A DNA stretch of 63,635 bases from a virus (lineage: Duplodnaviria > Caudoviricetes). The notes below the pieces were generated by a model. The model did not search any database, was not told the DNA's origin, and was given only the letters and a program-made list of their open reading frames with translations. The translations under genes were made by a program, and so were the position numbers. Positions 42,423-54,100 of the stretch are shown in pieces (positions within the stretch are counted from its first letter, which is position 1; each line of letters opens with the position of its first letter). The stretch lies in the IMG/VR virus record IMGVR_UViG_3300017734_000002, positions 1 through 63,635 of that record. One strand, given 5' to 3'.

Positions 42423-45400
42423 ATGCCAGAAATTAAACACCACTTTCGTGCAGGTAAAATGAATAAAGACCTGGACGAGAGGTTAGTTCCTAATGGTGAA
42501 TATAGACACGCATTAAATGTGCAGGTAGCAACATCTGAAGGTGATGATGTTGGGGCTTTACAAAATGTGCTTGGTAATCAACAAGCTAGCAACGTTATGC
42601 CTACTGGCGCTAAGTGTATAGGCGCTATAGCTGACGAGGAAAACGATAAAATATACTGGTTTGTTCAAAGAACAAATCAAGTAAACGCAGTACTGGAGTA
42701 TCACAACGGTGCTGTAAACCCTGTCTTAATAGACACTAATAACGTATTACAATTTAGACCGTCAACATTAATAACTGGAATAAACATAATAGACGGTTTA
42801 TTATTCTTCACAGATGACAACTCAGAACCTAAGGTTATAAACATAGAAAAATTTAAAGAGGGTTGTACAGATTTCTCAACACACACACAATTAATAGATC
42901 AAAACGGAGCAGCTTATAACTTCGCAGAAGAAGATGTTACTGTTATTAAAAAAGGACCAACAACTGCTCCTGTTCTGTTTATGTCTCCTACTAAAAGATT
43001 TAAGCCTTTTCCTCAAAACCAAGATAGTAATGGTAACCCAATTCCTGGTATAATTGAAACAACGGCTACGTTTAATATTACTGATAGCAATGCAGAAGTA
43101 AACATGGGCGCTAATATTCAAATTACTGTTTACGGCATGAGTTGGGAAATAGGTGATACTATTATAGCTACAGCCGGTGAAGACGGTGATGTTTTTGACG
43201 ACGAATATGGTGTTAGCTTTATAGTTGATAACGTAATAGCTGAAGATGATGACGAGCAGACAATTGTCTTAACAATACAGTCGGCTACAGAAGATCAACC
43301 TACAAGTAGTGTTAGTTGGAATTTAAAACTAAAAGAAGAAGATCCTTTATTTGAAAAAGAGTTTGTTAGATTTGCTTATAGATACAAGTATAAAGATGGT
43401 GAATACTCTATTTTTTCTCCATTTACTGAGCCAGCTTTTCTACCAAGTGCTTTTGAGTATGACCCAGCGCAAGGTTATAATTTAGGAATGGTTAACGATT
43501 TAAGGTATTTAAAAATTTCTGGGTTTGTTCCTAGCAATATACCTAAACAAGTTATTGAAACAGAAATATTATTTAAAAAAGAACAAAGCACAAATGTATA
43601 TAGTGTAGTTTCTTTAAAAAAATCAGATGAAGACTGGAATAATAACTCTTACGAAATTGAATCTGAAATAATATACAAACTTCTTCCTTCTATGCAATTG
43701 TTAAGGCCTTTTGATAACGTGCCTTTAAAAGCTAAATCTCAAGAGCTTGTTGCTAATAGAATAGTTTATGGTAACTACCTACAACAGTTTGATTTAATTG
43801 ATACTAATGGAAATGAAATAAGTCCTGTTTTTGAAAGAAGTATAGATCCTACTGGTTTTGCAAGTGTAGCTACAGTTCCTGCTGGTGAAATATCTGATCC
43901 AGAAAAATCTATAAAATCAATGAGAACTTATCAACTAGGTGTTGTTTATAGAGATAAATATGGTAGGGAGACACCTGTGCAAACAGATAAAACAGGTAGT
44001 ATAGTTGTAAATAAATCTTCAGCATCTGGTTTTAATAGATTTAAAGCTAAAATATTAAGTTCAGCTCCTCAGTTTGCTGATAGTTTTAAATTTTTTATTA
44101 AAGACACATCTAATCAATACTATAATCTTGCTCAAGATAGATGGTATGACGCCGAAGACGGTAACGTTTGGTTATCTTTTCCATCTTCCGAAAGAAATAA
44201 AGTTGATTTAGAAACTTTTTTAATATTAAAAAAACAACACGATGGAGATCAACTTGTAACAGAGCAAGCTAAATATAAAATAATAGATATATCTAACGAA
44301 GCACCTATAGAGCTAAAAGAAATAAAAGCGTCTTACGGTAATTACGAACAAAGCTTTAGTATACTATCAGATGATGCTGCAAATGGAAACTATCCAAAGC
44401 CTGATGCCACATTTTTTGATTTTCCATATGATAGCGGCCAAAGTGGAGATGACTGGTCTACTGATCACGGTGGTCTTCATTTAGATCACGGTGGTGTTGA
44501 GTCTGAAATATTATCAACATCAAATCTGTGTATTAGAATAACAGCGCCTAGTAGAAAAACTAGATGGTATGATATAGCTAATATATCTAAAAGAGGAAGC
44601 AATGCAAACGACCTTAGAATAACACTTCAACAAAAATTTGAAAACGATGTTACACAGTTTTACCCAGATGAAACTGTTAGTTCTGAAATATCTGGAATAG
44701 GTTATGAAATAGCTAGAACAGAGACTAAAAACAAAGCAGAGTTTACAGGTAGATTTTTTGTAAAAGTATATAGAGATGCTACTTTAGTTAAAAACATAAT
44801 AGAGGGTGATGAGGAATACGCTATAGTAAATTCAAACATGCTTACTAGAAGACCAGATAATAGATGTGGAAATCCGGGTAGCTGGCAAGATGATAGAACT
44901 ACAACAGGTGTAAGAAATGTTAAGTGGCACACGTCTAATTGTACTGTTAGAAGTTTTGGAGGAGGAGCGGAGTTTGGTGGTTCTGATCAAAGTTTATTTG
45001 TAGGAAGTAGTGGTTCTGCTAGAAAAGCATGGTGGAACTCATCTAGCAATATATACAGAACAAACCCTATAGCTATAGGTAGAGACACCATGCATTTTGC
45101 TGTAATGGGAGGAAGAACACCTTCAGCAGTAAAAGCAATGAGTAATGGTAGATGGTCTGATTTTGTTGATCAAATAACAACAGATGGTACTAAGTTTAGA
45201 TTTCAACAAGACCCAACACAAACAACATATACAATAAAAAAACATGCTTATAATGGTATTGTACAATATGATGCACCAGATATTCAGGGAAGTGATACAA
45301 GCTGGCATACAAATAAAAGGCTTTTATTTATATTTAAACTAGATAAGCCTATTCAAAACTGGGATTTATCTGATTTAAACCCAATAACAGGACAAGGTAA

Positions 45401-46757
45401 TATGTTCAATATAGAAATACTAGATGTTTACGATGGAGCATCTTACAGAACAAAAAACCCCGCGATATGGGAAACAGAACCTAAAGAACAAGCAGAACTA
45501 GATATATATTACGAAGCTAGTAATGCGCTACCTATATCACAACACGCTAATGAACATAATTTAGATTACCACAACTGTTATAGTTTTGCAAACGGTGTAG
45601 AATCTAATAGAATTAGAGATGATTTTAATCAACCATTTATTAAAAAAGGTGTTAAAGCTTCTGCTCCACTAGCAGAACAATATAAGCAAGAAAGAAGAAA
45701 AAATGGATTAATATATTCACAAATATATAATTCTACATCAGGTTTAAATGGAACTAATCAGTTTATAATGGCTGACAAAATAACTAAAGATTTAAATCCT
45801 GAATACGGTAGTATACAAAAGTTACACGTTAGAGGTACTGATATACTAGCTTTTTGTGAAGATAAAGTAGTTAAAATATTAGCTAATAAAGACGCTTTGT
45901 TTAACGCAGATGGTAACGCAAACTTAACAGCATCCAACAGAGTTTTAGGTCAAGCCATAATACCACCTACTTTTGGCGAGTTTGGTATAAGCAAAAATCC
46001 AGAAAGTTTTGCAGCAGATGGATATAGATGCTACTTTACAGATAGAGCTAGAGGAGCTGTGTTAAGATTATCTATGAATGGTGTTGTTAAAATATCTGAC
46101 TATGGTATGTCAGACTATTTTAGTGATTCTTTAAAAAATATAACATCAGCTATAGGTTGTATTAATGTTCAACAAGGTGTTTATTCTTTAACTTTAAATA
46201 GAAAGCCAGGTTACCAAGAAGTTGGTGGTGAAACTATAAACTTTAAAGAAGATGTACAGGGTTGGACTAGCTTTGCTTCTTATATACCAGAACAAGGTGT
46301 GTCTATAAATGATGAGTTTTACACTTTTAAAAATGGTGAAATATACTCACACGATAATGACACTAGAAATAATTACTACGGTATTCAATATCAAAGTAGT
46401 GTTAAGCTACTATTTAATGATATGCCTGATCAAATAAAAACATTTAGAACTTTAAACTATGAAGGATCACAAGCTAAGTGGAATCAAGATTTAAATGACA
46501 ATCAATATTATAATAATGTTGCTAAAAATGGTTGGTTTGCTAGTTCTGTGGAGACAGATATGCAGTCTGGCTTTGTAAAAGAGTTTGTTAAAAAAGAAGG
46601 TAAGTGGTTTAATTACATACATGGAACTATAACAGATTTATCAAATATAGATACTTCAGAGTTTTCTGTTCAAGGTATAGGTCAATTAAGCGGATCTGTA
46701 ACTGGTGATACTACTCCAACTCAAGTAACAATAACAATTGTAGAAAATAACGATTAA
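42423..46757 (+). CDS. Tail nozzle/stabilisation protein (tubular protein B-like)
   Basis: 1444 aa, GKMNKDLDERLVPNGEY start, beta-propeller-like repeats, KEGKWF near the end. Confidence 0.65.
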   Translation: MPEIKHHFRAGKMNKDLDERLVPNGEYRHALNVQVATSEGDDVGALQNVLGNQQASNVMPTGAKCIGAIADEENDKIYWFVQRTNQVNAVLEYHNGAVNPVLIDTNNVLQFRPSTLITGINIIDGLLFFTDDNSEPKVINIEKFKEGCTDFSTHTQLIDQNGAAYNFAEEDVTVIKKGPTTAPVLFMSPTKRFKPFPQNQDSNGNPIPGIIETTATFNITDSNAEVNMGANIQITVYGMSWEIGDTIIATAGEDGDVFDDEYGVSFIVDNVIAEDDDEQTIVLTIQSATEDQPTSSVSWNLKLKEEDPLFEKEFVRFAYRYKYKDGEYSIFSPFTEPAFLPSAFEYDPAQGYNLGMVNDLRYLKISGFVPSNIPKQVIETEILFKKEQSTNVYSVVSLKKSDEDWNNNSYEIESEIIYKLLPSMQLLRPFDNVPLKAKSQELVANRIVYGNYLQQFDLIDTNGNEISPVFERSIDPTGFASVATVPAGEISDPEKSIKSMRTYQLGVVYRDKYGRETPVQTDKTGSIVVNKSSASGFNRFKAKILSSAPQFADSFKFFIKDTSNQYYNLAQDRWYDAEDGNVWLSFPSSERNKVDLETFLILKKQHDGDQLVTEQAKYKIIDISNEAPIELKEIKASYGNYEQSFSILSDDAANGNYPKPDATFFDFPYDSGQSGDDWSTDHGGLHLDHGGVESEILSTSNLCIRITAPSRKTRWYDIANISKRGSNANDLRITLQQKFENDVTQFYPDETVSSEISGIGYEIARTETKNKAEFTGRFFVKVYRDATLVKNIIEGDEEYAIVNSNMLTRRPDNRCGNPGSWQDDRTTTGVRNVKWHTSNCTVRSFGGGAEFGGSDQSLFVGSSGSARKAWWNSSSNIYRTNPIAIGRDTMHFAVMGGRTPSAVKAMSNGRWSDFVDQITTDGTKFRFQQDPTQTTYTIKKHAYNGIVQYDAPDIQGSDTSWHTNKRLLFIFKLDKPIQNWDLSDLNPITGQGNMFNIEILDVYDGASYRTKNPAIWETEPKEQAELDIYYEASNALPISQHANEHNLDYHNCYSFANGVESNRIRDDFNQPFIKKGVKASAPLAEQYKQERRKNGLIYSQIYNSTSGLNGTNQFIMADKITKDLNPEYGSIQKLHVRGTDILAFCEDKVVKILANKDALFNADGNANLTASNRVLGQAIIPPTFGEFGISKNPESFAADGYRCYFTDRARGAVLRLSMNGVVKISDYGMSDYFSDSLKNITSAIGCINVQQGVYSLTLNRKPGYQEVGGETINFKEDVQGWTSFASYIPEQGVSINDEFYTFKNGEIYSHDNDTRNNYYGIQYQSSVKLLFNDMPDQIKTFRTLNYEGSQAKWNQDLNDNQYYNNVAKNGWFASSVETDMQSGFVKEFVKKEGKWFNYIHGTITDLSNIDTSEFSVQGIGQLSGSVTGDTTPTQVTITIVENND

Positions 46758-46758
46758 T

Positions 46759-48897
46759 ATGGCACTAACAAATTGTACAATAACATCAGCATCTTTAACT
46801 GTAACAGCGGGTCAAGATTTAGGTAGTACTCCTGATCAAGTTTTAGTAATAACCCCAAACACAGGTTATGTTGTTAGCGCTGCTGATTTCACAAATAACA
46901 GTGGTAGTGTTAATGGTATTACTAGTATTACACTAACTAATAGTGGCAACGCTTACGAAGCTAACAATACGGTGTTAGTAACGTGTAATGTTGATGATAA
47001 TTTTTCTACTAGTTCTAACGTTACATTAACAATAGATATAGACGGTGAAGCTAAGCTTGCTGAAGCACTTGAATACACTATAGCGGGTTCTTTAGTGCAG
47101 ACTATATGTAGCACCAGTCTTAAAGAAAACACTACTTTTAATGGTAGTGGTGCTGAGGGCGATACAAGTTTATTGTTTACAAAGGTAGTTACTGTGTCTA
47201 ACACATCAACCCATTTTTTTCCAACAACACCTTCAATAGTATTACATAGCGTTGGTAATTATGCGAGTAACTACACTAGAGAAGCTGTTAATCAAGTTTA
47301 CACTAACGGTAGATTAACTTCTGTTACATTGAAACTATATTGGACTCATCCAGCGGAAAACGTTGCTGGCCACACTATTACTATTGATTGTCCTCAAGTA
47401 GCTATACCAACACCTAAAAGTTTAATAAGAACTTCAAGCATAATAACATCACCTTTAGATACAAAAGGTGGAACTAGAACACTTTGCATAGGTGGTACAC
47501 TTGGAGCTTCTTATGTTATAACTGTAACAGACGGAAGTGATAGCGATACTTATGATTTTACTACTGCAACTTTTACATCTGCGTCAACAACTTTAACAGG
47601 TGTAATTGATTCGACTGGTACATTTTGTAAAGAAATAGTATTTCCGGCAAATAACTCTGGATCAACATACACTATTACAGTTGCTGGAGGAAGTTCACCA
47701 GCTACAAACACTACTCAAGGAGGCACTGGTAACAACAACCCTTTTACTCATACTATATCTCAATCAACACCTGTATCACTAGTAGTTACAGCCACTGGGT
47801 CTGGTTTTTCATATGCTTACTCTAACAATAGTATAAGTGTTAGTCCAGGAGGTTATTACTTAGATACTAATGGTGATCCTTATAATGAATTAGCTTTTAA
47901 TACTAATATAACTAAAAATGGAGGCGGAAATATATTTTTAAGAAGACAACCTGTTTTTAGTAATTCAACAGCTTACGACACTGTTGGTGGTAACGATTTT
48001 ACAAATACTATAGCTAGCTCTAATAACAGTATGAGTTTTAATATTGGTAACTTAACTGCTACAGGAAGTGGAACATCTACTGTAAATGTATCTGGTTCTC
48101 TATACGTTACAACAGGTGGTACAGCTAGTGTTTCATCTGTGTTAAACGCGGCTAATTTTATAAATAACGCGCCTATTACTCAAGCTATAACCTCACAGGT
48201 ATCAATAGCTAACAACACAGCGACTACTATTAGCTTAAATGCTACAGATTTAGATAATGATCCATTAACATATAGTGTTGTTTCAGCGCCAAGCAAAGGA
48301 TCTGTTACAATAGACACATTAGGAGTAGCAACATACACGCCAGCAGGTACTTTGTCTTCTGGTGCTGATTCTTTTACTTTTAAAGTAAATGATGGTATTC
48401 AAGATAGCAATGTTTCTACAGTAAATGTATACATACAAAGCTCTGGACAAGGAGGTAGTACATACTCTACCCCACAGGTTAGATGGTACCAAATGGACAC
48501 AGAGGCAAGTTCACCTGCTTATGGATTAATTACAAACTCGTCTTACCAAGGAACAGCCACTATAACTAATTTTGCTAACGGTAACTCTTCGTTTAATGTT
48601 CAGATTACAGATTGGATTGTTACTATTCAGTCTGGCACTATGCCTAGCTATGTTGACAACATGGGTGACGTAACAATTAAATACGTATTAAAACTTGTTA
48701 ACGGCAACTCAGTTGTTGCTGGACCAACAGTTATGAATAAACTAAGTGGAAACGTCAGTGGAACTAATTACAGTGTCGGTGCTATGGGCGCAACACTAGG
48801 AACTTCTATAACCACAATATCAGTACCAGGTAACATAAATACAAGTCAAGAATATAGATTAGAATTCATGGTAGAATACGATAACATACAACAATAA
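46759..48897 (+). CDS. Structural protein with Ig/cadherin-like domain
   Basis: NNAP..ISLNATDLDNDPLTYSVVSAPSKG..TYTP..DSFTFKVNDG. Confidence 0.7.
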   Translation: MALTNCTITSASLTVTAGQDLGSTPDQVLVITPNTGYVVSAADFTNNSGSVNGITSITLTNSGNAYEANNTVLVTCNVDDNFSTSSNVTLTIDIDGEAKLAEALEYTIAGSLVQTICSTSLKENTTFNGSGAEGDTSLLFTKVVTVSNTSTHFFPTTPSIVLHSVGNYASNYTREAVNQVYTNGRLTSVTLKLYWTHPAENVAGHTITIDCPQVAIPTPKSLIRTSSIITSPLDTKGGTRTLCIGGTLGASYVITVTDGSDSDTYDFTTATFTSASTTLTGVIDSTGTFCKEIVFPANNSGSTYTITVAGGSSPATNTTQGGTGNNNPFTHTISQSTPVSLVVTATGSGFSYAYSNNSISVSPGGYYLDTNGDPYNELAFNTNITKNGGGNIFLRRQPVFSNSTAYDTVGGNDFTNTIASSNNSMSFNIGNLTATGSGTSTVNVSGSLYVTTGGTASVSSVLNAANFINNAPITQAITSQVSIANNTATTISLNATDLDNDPLTYSVVSAPSKGSVTIDTLGVATYTPAGTLSSGADSFTFKVNDGIQDSNVSTVNVYIQSSGQGGSTYSTPQVRWYQMDTEASSPAYGLITNSSYQGTATITNFANGNSSFNVQITDWIVTIQSGTMPSYVDNMGDVTIKYVLKLVNGNSVVAGPTVMNKLSGNVSGTNYSVGAMGATLGTSITTISVPGNINTSQEYRLEFMVEYDNIQQ

Positions 48898-48899
48898 TT

Positions 48900-49244
48900 A
48901 TGCCTAGTATAACATTAACATTTGATAACCCAGTTCAAGATTCAGTTCAAGTTGGAGATATAGCTTATTATACAAGCACAGGTACAACTGGAGGTTTCCT
49001 AACAGGAGGTGCTTTAGTTGAAATGGGTAGTATAACAGCTATAAGCGAATATTCTATAACTTGTAATATTAGCGCTTCTACGACTAGACCCTCAGCAAAT
49101 GACTTTATATTATTTAGTAAAGATAATAGAGTAAACGTAGCTAGTATAACTGGTTATTTTGCTGAAATAAATTTAACAAACGATTCTACTACTGAAGCAG
49201 AGGTTTTTCATGTTAGCGGAGAGGTAGTTATAAGTAGTAAATAA
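48900..49244 (+). CDS. Small structural protein
   Basis: 114 aa, SVQVGDIAYY. Confidence 0.6.
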   Translation: MPSITLTFDNPVQDSVQVGDIAYYTSTGTTGGFLTGGALVEMGSITAISEYSITCNISASTTRPSANDFILFSKDNRVNVASITGYFAEINLTNDSTTEAEVFHVSGEVVISSK

Positions 49245-49281
49245 TGTGTAATTATAATATTAACAATAAAAATTTAAAAAT

Positions 49282-49905
49282 ATGCCAATACCACCAGCGT
49301 TAATCGTAGGAGGCGTTAAAGCTCTTAGCAGTATAGCCGGGGGTATAATCGGCTCCAAGAAAAGAAAAGCAGAGCAAAGAGCTGCTCAAGCTAATTACAA
49401 CATGAAGTTGCAAAGGCTTGAAGGCATGGACACATCAAATCCATACGCTAATCAAGAAAATACTTTTGAAGACCTTACTGTGAATACGCAGGAGGCTGAT
49501 ATGCTCGCTCAACAACAACAACAATCCCTTGCAAACACAATGGATAGCCTGCAAGGTGCTGCTGGAGGTAGTGGTATAGCTGCTTTAGCTCAATCAATGG
49601 CTAACCAACAATCACAAAATCTACAACAAGCTACAGCTAGTATAGGTCAACAAGAGCAAGCAAACCAGCAAATGCAAGCTCAACAAGCTTCTAAGATGCA
49701 GGATAATATGGCTAAAGGAGATATGATGTCAAGACAAATGGAAGCTAGTAAAGTCACAGGTATGTTAGGTAGAGCAGGTCAAAGACTAAGCGCTGCTAAC
49801 CAAGCTAGGCAAGCTGCAACCAATAGTATAATGGGTGGAGCTGGAGAAATAGCTGGTATGGCCGCTAGTTTCTTGCCAGGTGGAAACATGAATAGACCAG
49901 GATAG
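49282..49905 (+). CDS. Probable ejection/pilot protein
   Basis: G/A-rich termini with a Q-rich coiled-coil core. Confidence 0.6.
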   Translation: MPIPPALIVGGVKALSSIAGGIIGSKKRKAEQRAAQANYNMKLQRLEGMDTSNPYANQENTFEDLTVNTQEADMLAQQQQQSLANTMDSLQGAAGGSGIAALAQSMANQQSQNLQQATASIGQQEQANQQMQAQQASKMQDNMAKGDMMSRQMEASKVTGMLGRAGQRLSAANQARQAATNSIMGGAGEIAGMAASFLPGGNMNRPG

Positions 49906-49922
49906 ATTAAAAAAATATAAAT

Positions 49923-51101
49923 ATGCAAATTCCAGATTACTCAGGCGGAGACGCGTTTAACCCAGCGGCTTCAGAAGCAAGTGAAGCAGCTAATCTCTCT
50001 AGCCAAGCAAAACATTTTCAGGATCAACTAGATAGGGTTCTACAAAAAAAGCGAGAATCAGATGCAGCGAAAGCTAGATCTAACGCTAAAATATCCAGTT
50101 ACTTAAATAAAATGCCTGACGGTGTTGATACTTTTAAAGTTCCTGTTAGTGACAAACCCGCTTTAACTGATTGGGCTAAAAACATGCAAATAAATTTTGG
50201 TAAGTATGCTGAAGAAGCTGCTATTGCAGAAGAACAAGGTGATTACCAAAGACTTGTTATGGCTAAAACTGAAATGGATAGAATAGAAACAGCTTTTCAA
50301 AACGTTAACAATAATTTAGATAATTTTAAAAATTATAAAGATAATTTCTTAAAAGATGCTGAAGACGGCATGATAAGCAACGCTGTTAATTCTTCTAAAA
50401 GAGAATTATTAGCTTCTGTATACACAGATGAAATGAATATGAGTTTTGATTATAATGGTAACGTTGTGTTTCAAAATGAAGAAGGTTTTTTAAATATAAA
50501 CGATATACCTGATTATACTGTAAAAAATAACACAGGTGCTACTGAAATATTACAAATGAACGAAGAAATATTCCAAGCAGGTATGCCTATGAGTGATAGC
50601 AATAAGAGACTAGCTAGAATGAAACTTCAAAACGCAACTAAATCAAGAGATGAAGTTTTATCTCTAGCAACAGATGATTTTATAACAGAAGGTGGTTTAG
50701 GTATATTAGATGAAGATCTTTTATACAACCCAGAAAGAATAGATGAACTTAGAGGTAAAGTAATAGATTCGTATATGACAATGCTTGGTGAGTCCGCTGA
50801 TGCTGGGTATAAAAGAAAACAAAAAGTTTCTGAAGAACAAGCTGATGATGATGTACCTAGTGAAATATCTAACTGGATTGAAAATAATAAAAATAATAAT
50901 TTAACTCAAGAAGATTGGATGCAAAATGTTTTTGCTGGTAGTAAGTATTATTTAGAACCTGCCTATGCAGATGCAGACAGTGATGAAATAAAAGGTTACT
51001 ATATAGTTGATAGCAGAAGAAGATCTCAAGAAGGAATGATATACGTTAAAGATTTAACGTCAGCAACATTGTCTCCAATAGTTAAAAAACTTAAATTATA
51101 A
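49923..51101 (+). CDS. Probable internal virion protein
   Basis: Helical 392-aa ORF between the pilot and the giant protein. Confidence 0.55.
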   Translation: MQIPDYSGGDAFNPAASEASEAANLSSQAKHFQDQLDRVLQKKRESDAAKARSNAKISSYLNKMPDGVDTFKVPVSDKPALTDWAKNMQINFGKYAEEAAIAEEQGDYQRLVMAKTEMDRIETAFQNVNNNLDNFKNYKDNFLKDAEDGMISNAVNSSKRELLASVYTDEMNMSFDYNGNVVFQNEEGFLNINDIPDYTVKNNTGATEILQMNEEIFQAGMPMSDSNKRLARMKLQNATKSRDEVLSLATDDFITEGGLGILDEDLLYNPERIDELRGKVIDSYMTMLGESADAGYKRKQKVSEEQADDDVPSEISNWIENNKNNNLTQEDWMQNVFAGSKYYLEPAYADADSDEIKGYYIVDSRRRSQEGMIYVKDLTSATLSPIVKKLKL

Positions 51102-51103
51102 TT

Positions 51104-54100
51104 ATGCCTAGAAAACAACTTGAAAACGGACTTTGGGTTAACATTGAAGAAGATAAAGATCCTAACGTAGAACAGGATTTTCAAAAAGGTTCGCAGGAAA
51201 ACGGTGCGACTGCGGGCCAAAAACTCGTAGCACCAGAAAATACGGAATCCAACTCGGGTCCTGGTTTTTTGGATTATCTAAAGCTAGGATTCAAAACGAC
51301 GTTAGCGTCAAGAGCGTCACTAAATAGAGGACCTATTGGTACTCCTCCTGCTGACAACTATGATTCATGGAAAGAAAGCGAAGACGAAAGAAAATCACAA
51401 CCAGATTTTGTTGCTGATAGAAACGCTCTTGAGGAATCATTAAGAACATCTGTATTTAGTGATAAATATTTTTTAAAAGAACATGGTGGTAGCGAGAACC
51501 TTACATCTATACAAAACAATAATGATTTTGGGGATGTTAGAGTTAAAATAAAAGAAAACCTTGGTACTAAAGGTTTTTCTATAAACTTTAATCCTACTGG
51601 AGTTGGTGTAGGTACGCTTATGTTTAATAAAGGAACAGAGCAAACCACATATCCTAGTTTAACAGAAAAAGATGTTGACGATGCTATAACTCAGGTTATG
51701 CATGAAACTATATCAAAAGAGAGAGAAGCTGCAGATACTAAAATGATAGACAAAGGTGTATCAAAGCTTACAAGAACAAACGAAGATTTAAAACAACAGT
51801 TAAGTGATCTTGAAGATATAGATATAAATGCTTTAAATAAAAACGAAAAAGAACTAGCTACTTTATTAAAGCAAATTAGAAACAAAGAAGAATCAGGACT
51901 AGACAATCAACAAGTAGCTGATTTAATAGAGAGAGCTGAAGTAATTGGCTCTACAATAAAAGATACATTTGGAGAAGACTACAAGTTTTTCTACGATCCA
52001 TTGACAGGCAATAATCTTACCGAAGCCGAAGCAAAAGAATTTGCTGAAAAAAATCCATCAATTAAAAACATAGGTGACAAAGTTCAAGAACACGTAGCCG
52101 AACTATCAGTTATAAAAGATCAAGATTTATTATTAAATAAATACAATGATTTAAACTTAGGTTTAGTTGGCCATAGAGAAGAAGGTAATAAAACCTATGA
52201 TGTTTGGATAGATAGTCAAGGTGTTACAAATTTATTAAAAGAAAAAGGTTACAGTATGGTTTCTGGAGATAATCCAGAATATTCTGAAAAAAGAAAAAAA
52301 TTAATGTCTGCTAGAGACGGTGATTTTACTAAAGGTGTTTTATTTAAAGATGTAAAGCTAAAAGACATAGCTGTTTATTCAGATAGGTTTAAAGATGATG
52401 GTACTTTTAGTACTGGTCAGTTTTTAGCTGGAGCTGGTAGCGATAACTTTATTATACCTGTTTTTAACGATGAAACTTCTATGACTGAAAAACAGTTTGA
52501 AGATTATTTGGTTAGGTATAATGATCAAGGATATGACTTAGCTGCTCAAAAAAGAGCTATGAAAGATGTGTTTTTGTTAAACAGAGATCCGTCTACAATA
52601 GGTAAAGCACATATAGTAACTTTAGCAGAAGCCGCTAGTAATTCTTTATTTGGTGAAAAATATACTCAAGGCCAGGTTGGTTTTTCTAATAGAAAAGTTT
52701 TAGATTTAGCAAGCGATATATACGCTGAAACAGGTATTACACTTAGTGATGATCAAGAAGATGCCTTAGCAAGAAGCTTAGGTGATGATATTGCTGAAGG
52801 TTTTGGTGGTGCTGCTTCTATATTAGTTCAACTATATGGATTAAATAAAATGCAAGGTGTTGCTACTGGTATGGGAGCATTAGGTAGAGTAATGGCCGCT
52901 TCTAAAGCACCTAGATATATGAGAGGTAGTAAAATACTTACTCAAGCTAATATTCAAAAAAGAGCTAGAGTACTAGGTATATCAGAAGCTGACTATGCTA
53001 AAAAGTATGGTTTAACAGCTATAAGCGCTAGTAGATCAGCTAAATTAAAAGGACATATTATTAATGTAATGTTTGAAGAAGCTAAGATGGCTGGTGCTTT
53101 AGATTTTGACATTGGTACAGGTGCTGGTTTCTATTTAGGTGGTCAAATGCTACCTTATACTTTTAAGGGCGCGCCAGCTGGATATAAAGGTCTTAACTTA
53201 ACAACTAAATATAATCAATTAAATACAGTAAACGAGCTGTTGTTTAAAAACTCTACTGCTTTTGCTATAGGTACTAAATTTGGTGGTTTATTAGAATCAA
53301 CTATAAAAGACTTGGAAGGTGAAGAAACAGTACAGTCTTACTTAGAAGAAACATACGGTGATTACGATGCTTTACAGAGGCAAACTCTTTTAGATTTAGC
53401 TTTAGGTTCTGCTTTCGGTGCAACGCATTTAAAAGTATTTGGTAAAAAAGGATTAGATTCAAAAAGAACTACTTCTATAGCTAAAATTAAAAATGAAGCA
53501 GCAAAAAAATATAAAGAAGCTTCAGAAAAACTAGATTTTGATGCTATGGCGAAACACCAAGAGGTGTATAACATGGCCCACCATAGATTAGCCGCTATGG
53601 ATAAAATAGATTTATATACAAATCCTAGTACAGCTAAATCTGCTTATGAAAAACTTACAAAAGGAATTAAAAAAGCTTTTGGCGGTAAATTAGAAATTGA
53701 AGTTAATGATGGTAAAAATCTTGAAAATAAAAACGCTCAAGGTGAATACATGCCAAAGAAAAATAATAACGGCAAGGGTAAAATTATAATTAACTATAAA
53801 AATGCTGAACCTGGCGTTGTACCTCACGAAGGTATACACGCAGGTTTTGATGTTTTATTTGAAGGTAATGTTGCTTTAAAACAAAAGTTTCAAAGAAAGC
53901 TAGAGGATGTAGCTGCTGATTTAGTTTTAACAAATAAACAAGGTGAGTCAGCGTCACTACTTGATATAATAAAAGCTGAAAAAAGTATATCTGAATTTAA
54001 AAAACCAGAAGAGTTGATGGCTTATATGGCTGAGTTTTTGTCTAAAGCAGAGTACTACAATCAATTAGTAGCAGGTAACGCATTTAGTAATATAAAACAA

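Noticed and set aside
53095-53125. DFDIG in the giant protein as a crAss-like virion RNA polymerase motif (DFDID)
   Set aside because: The third Asp is missing and the context is a G/A-rich hydrophobic segment, so there is no support for an RNAP
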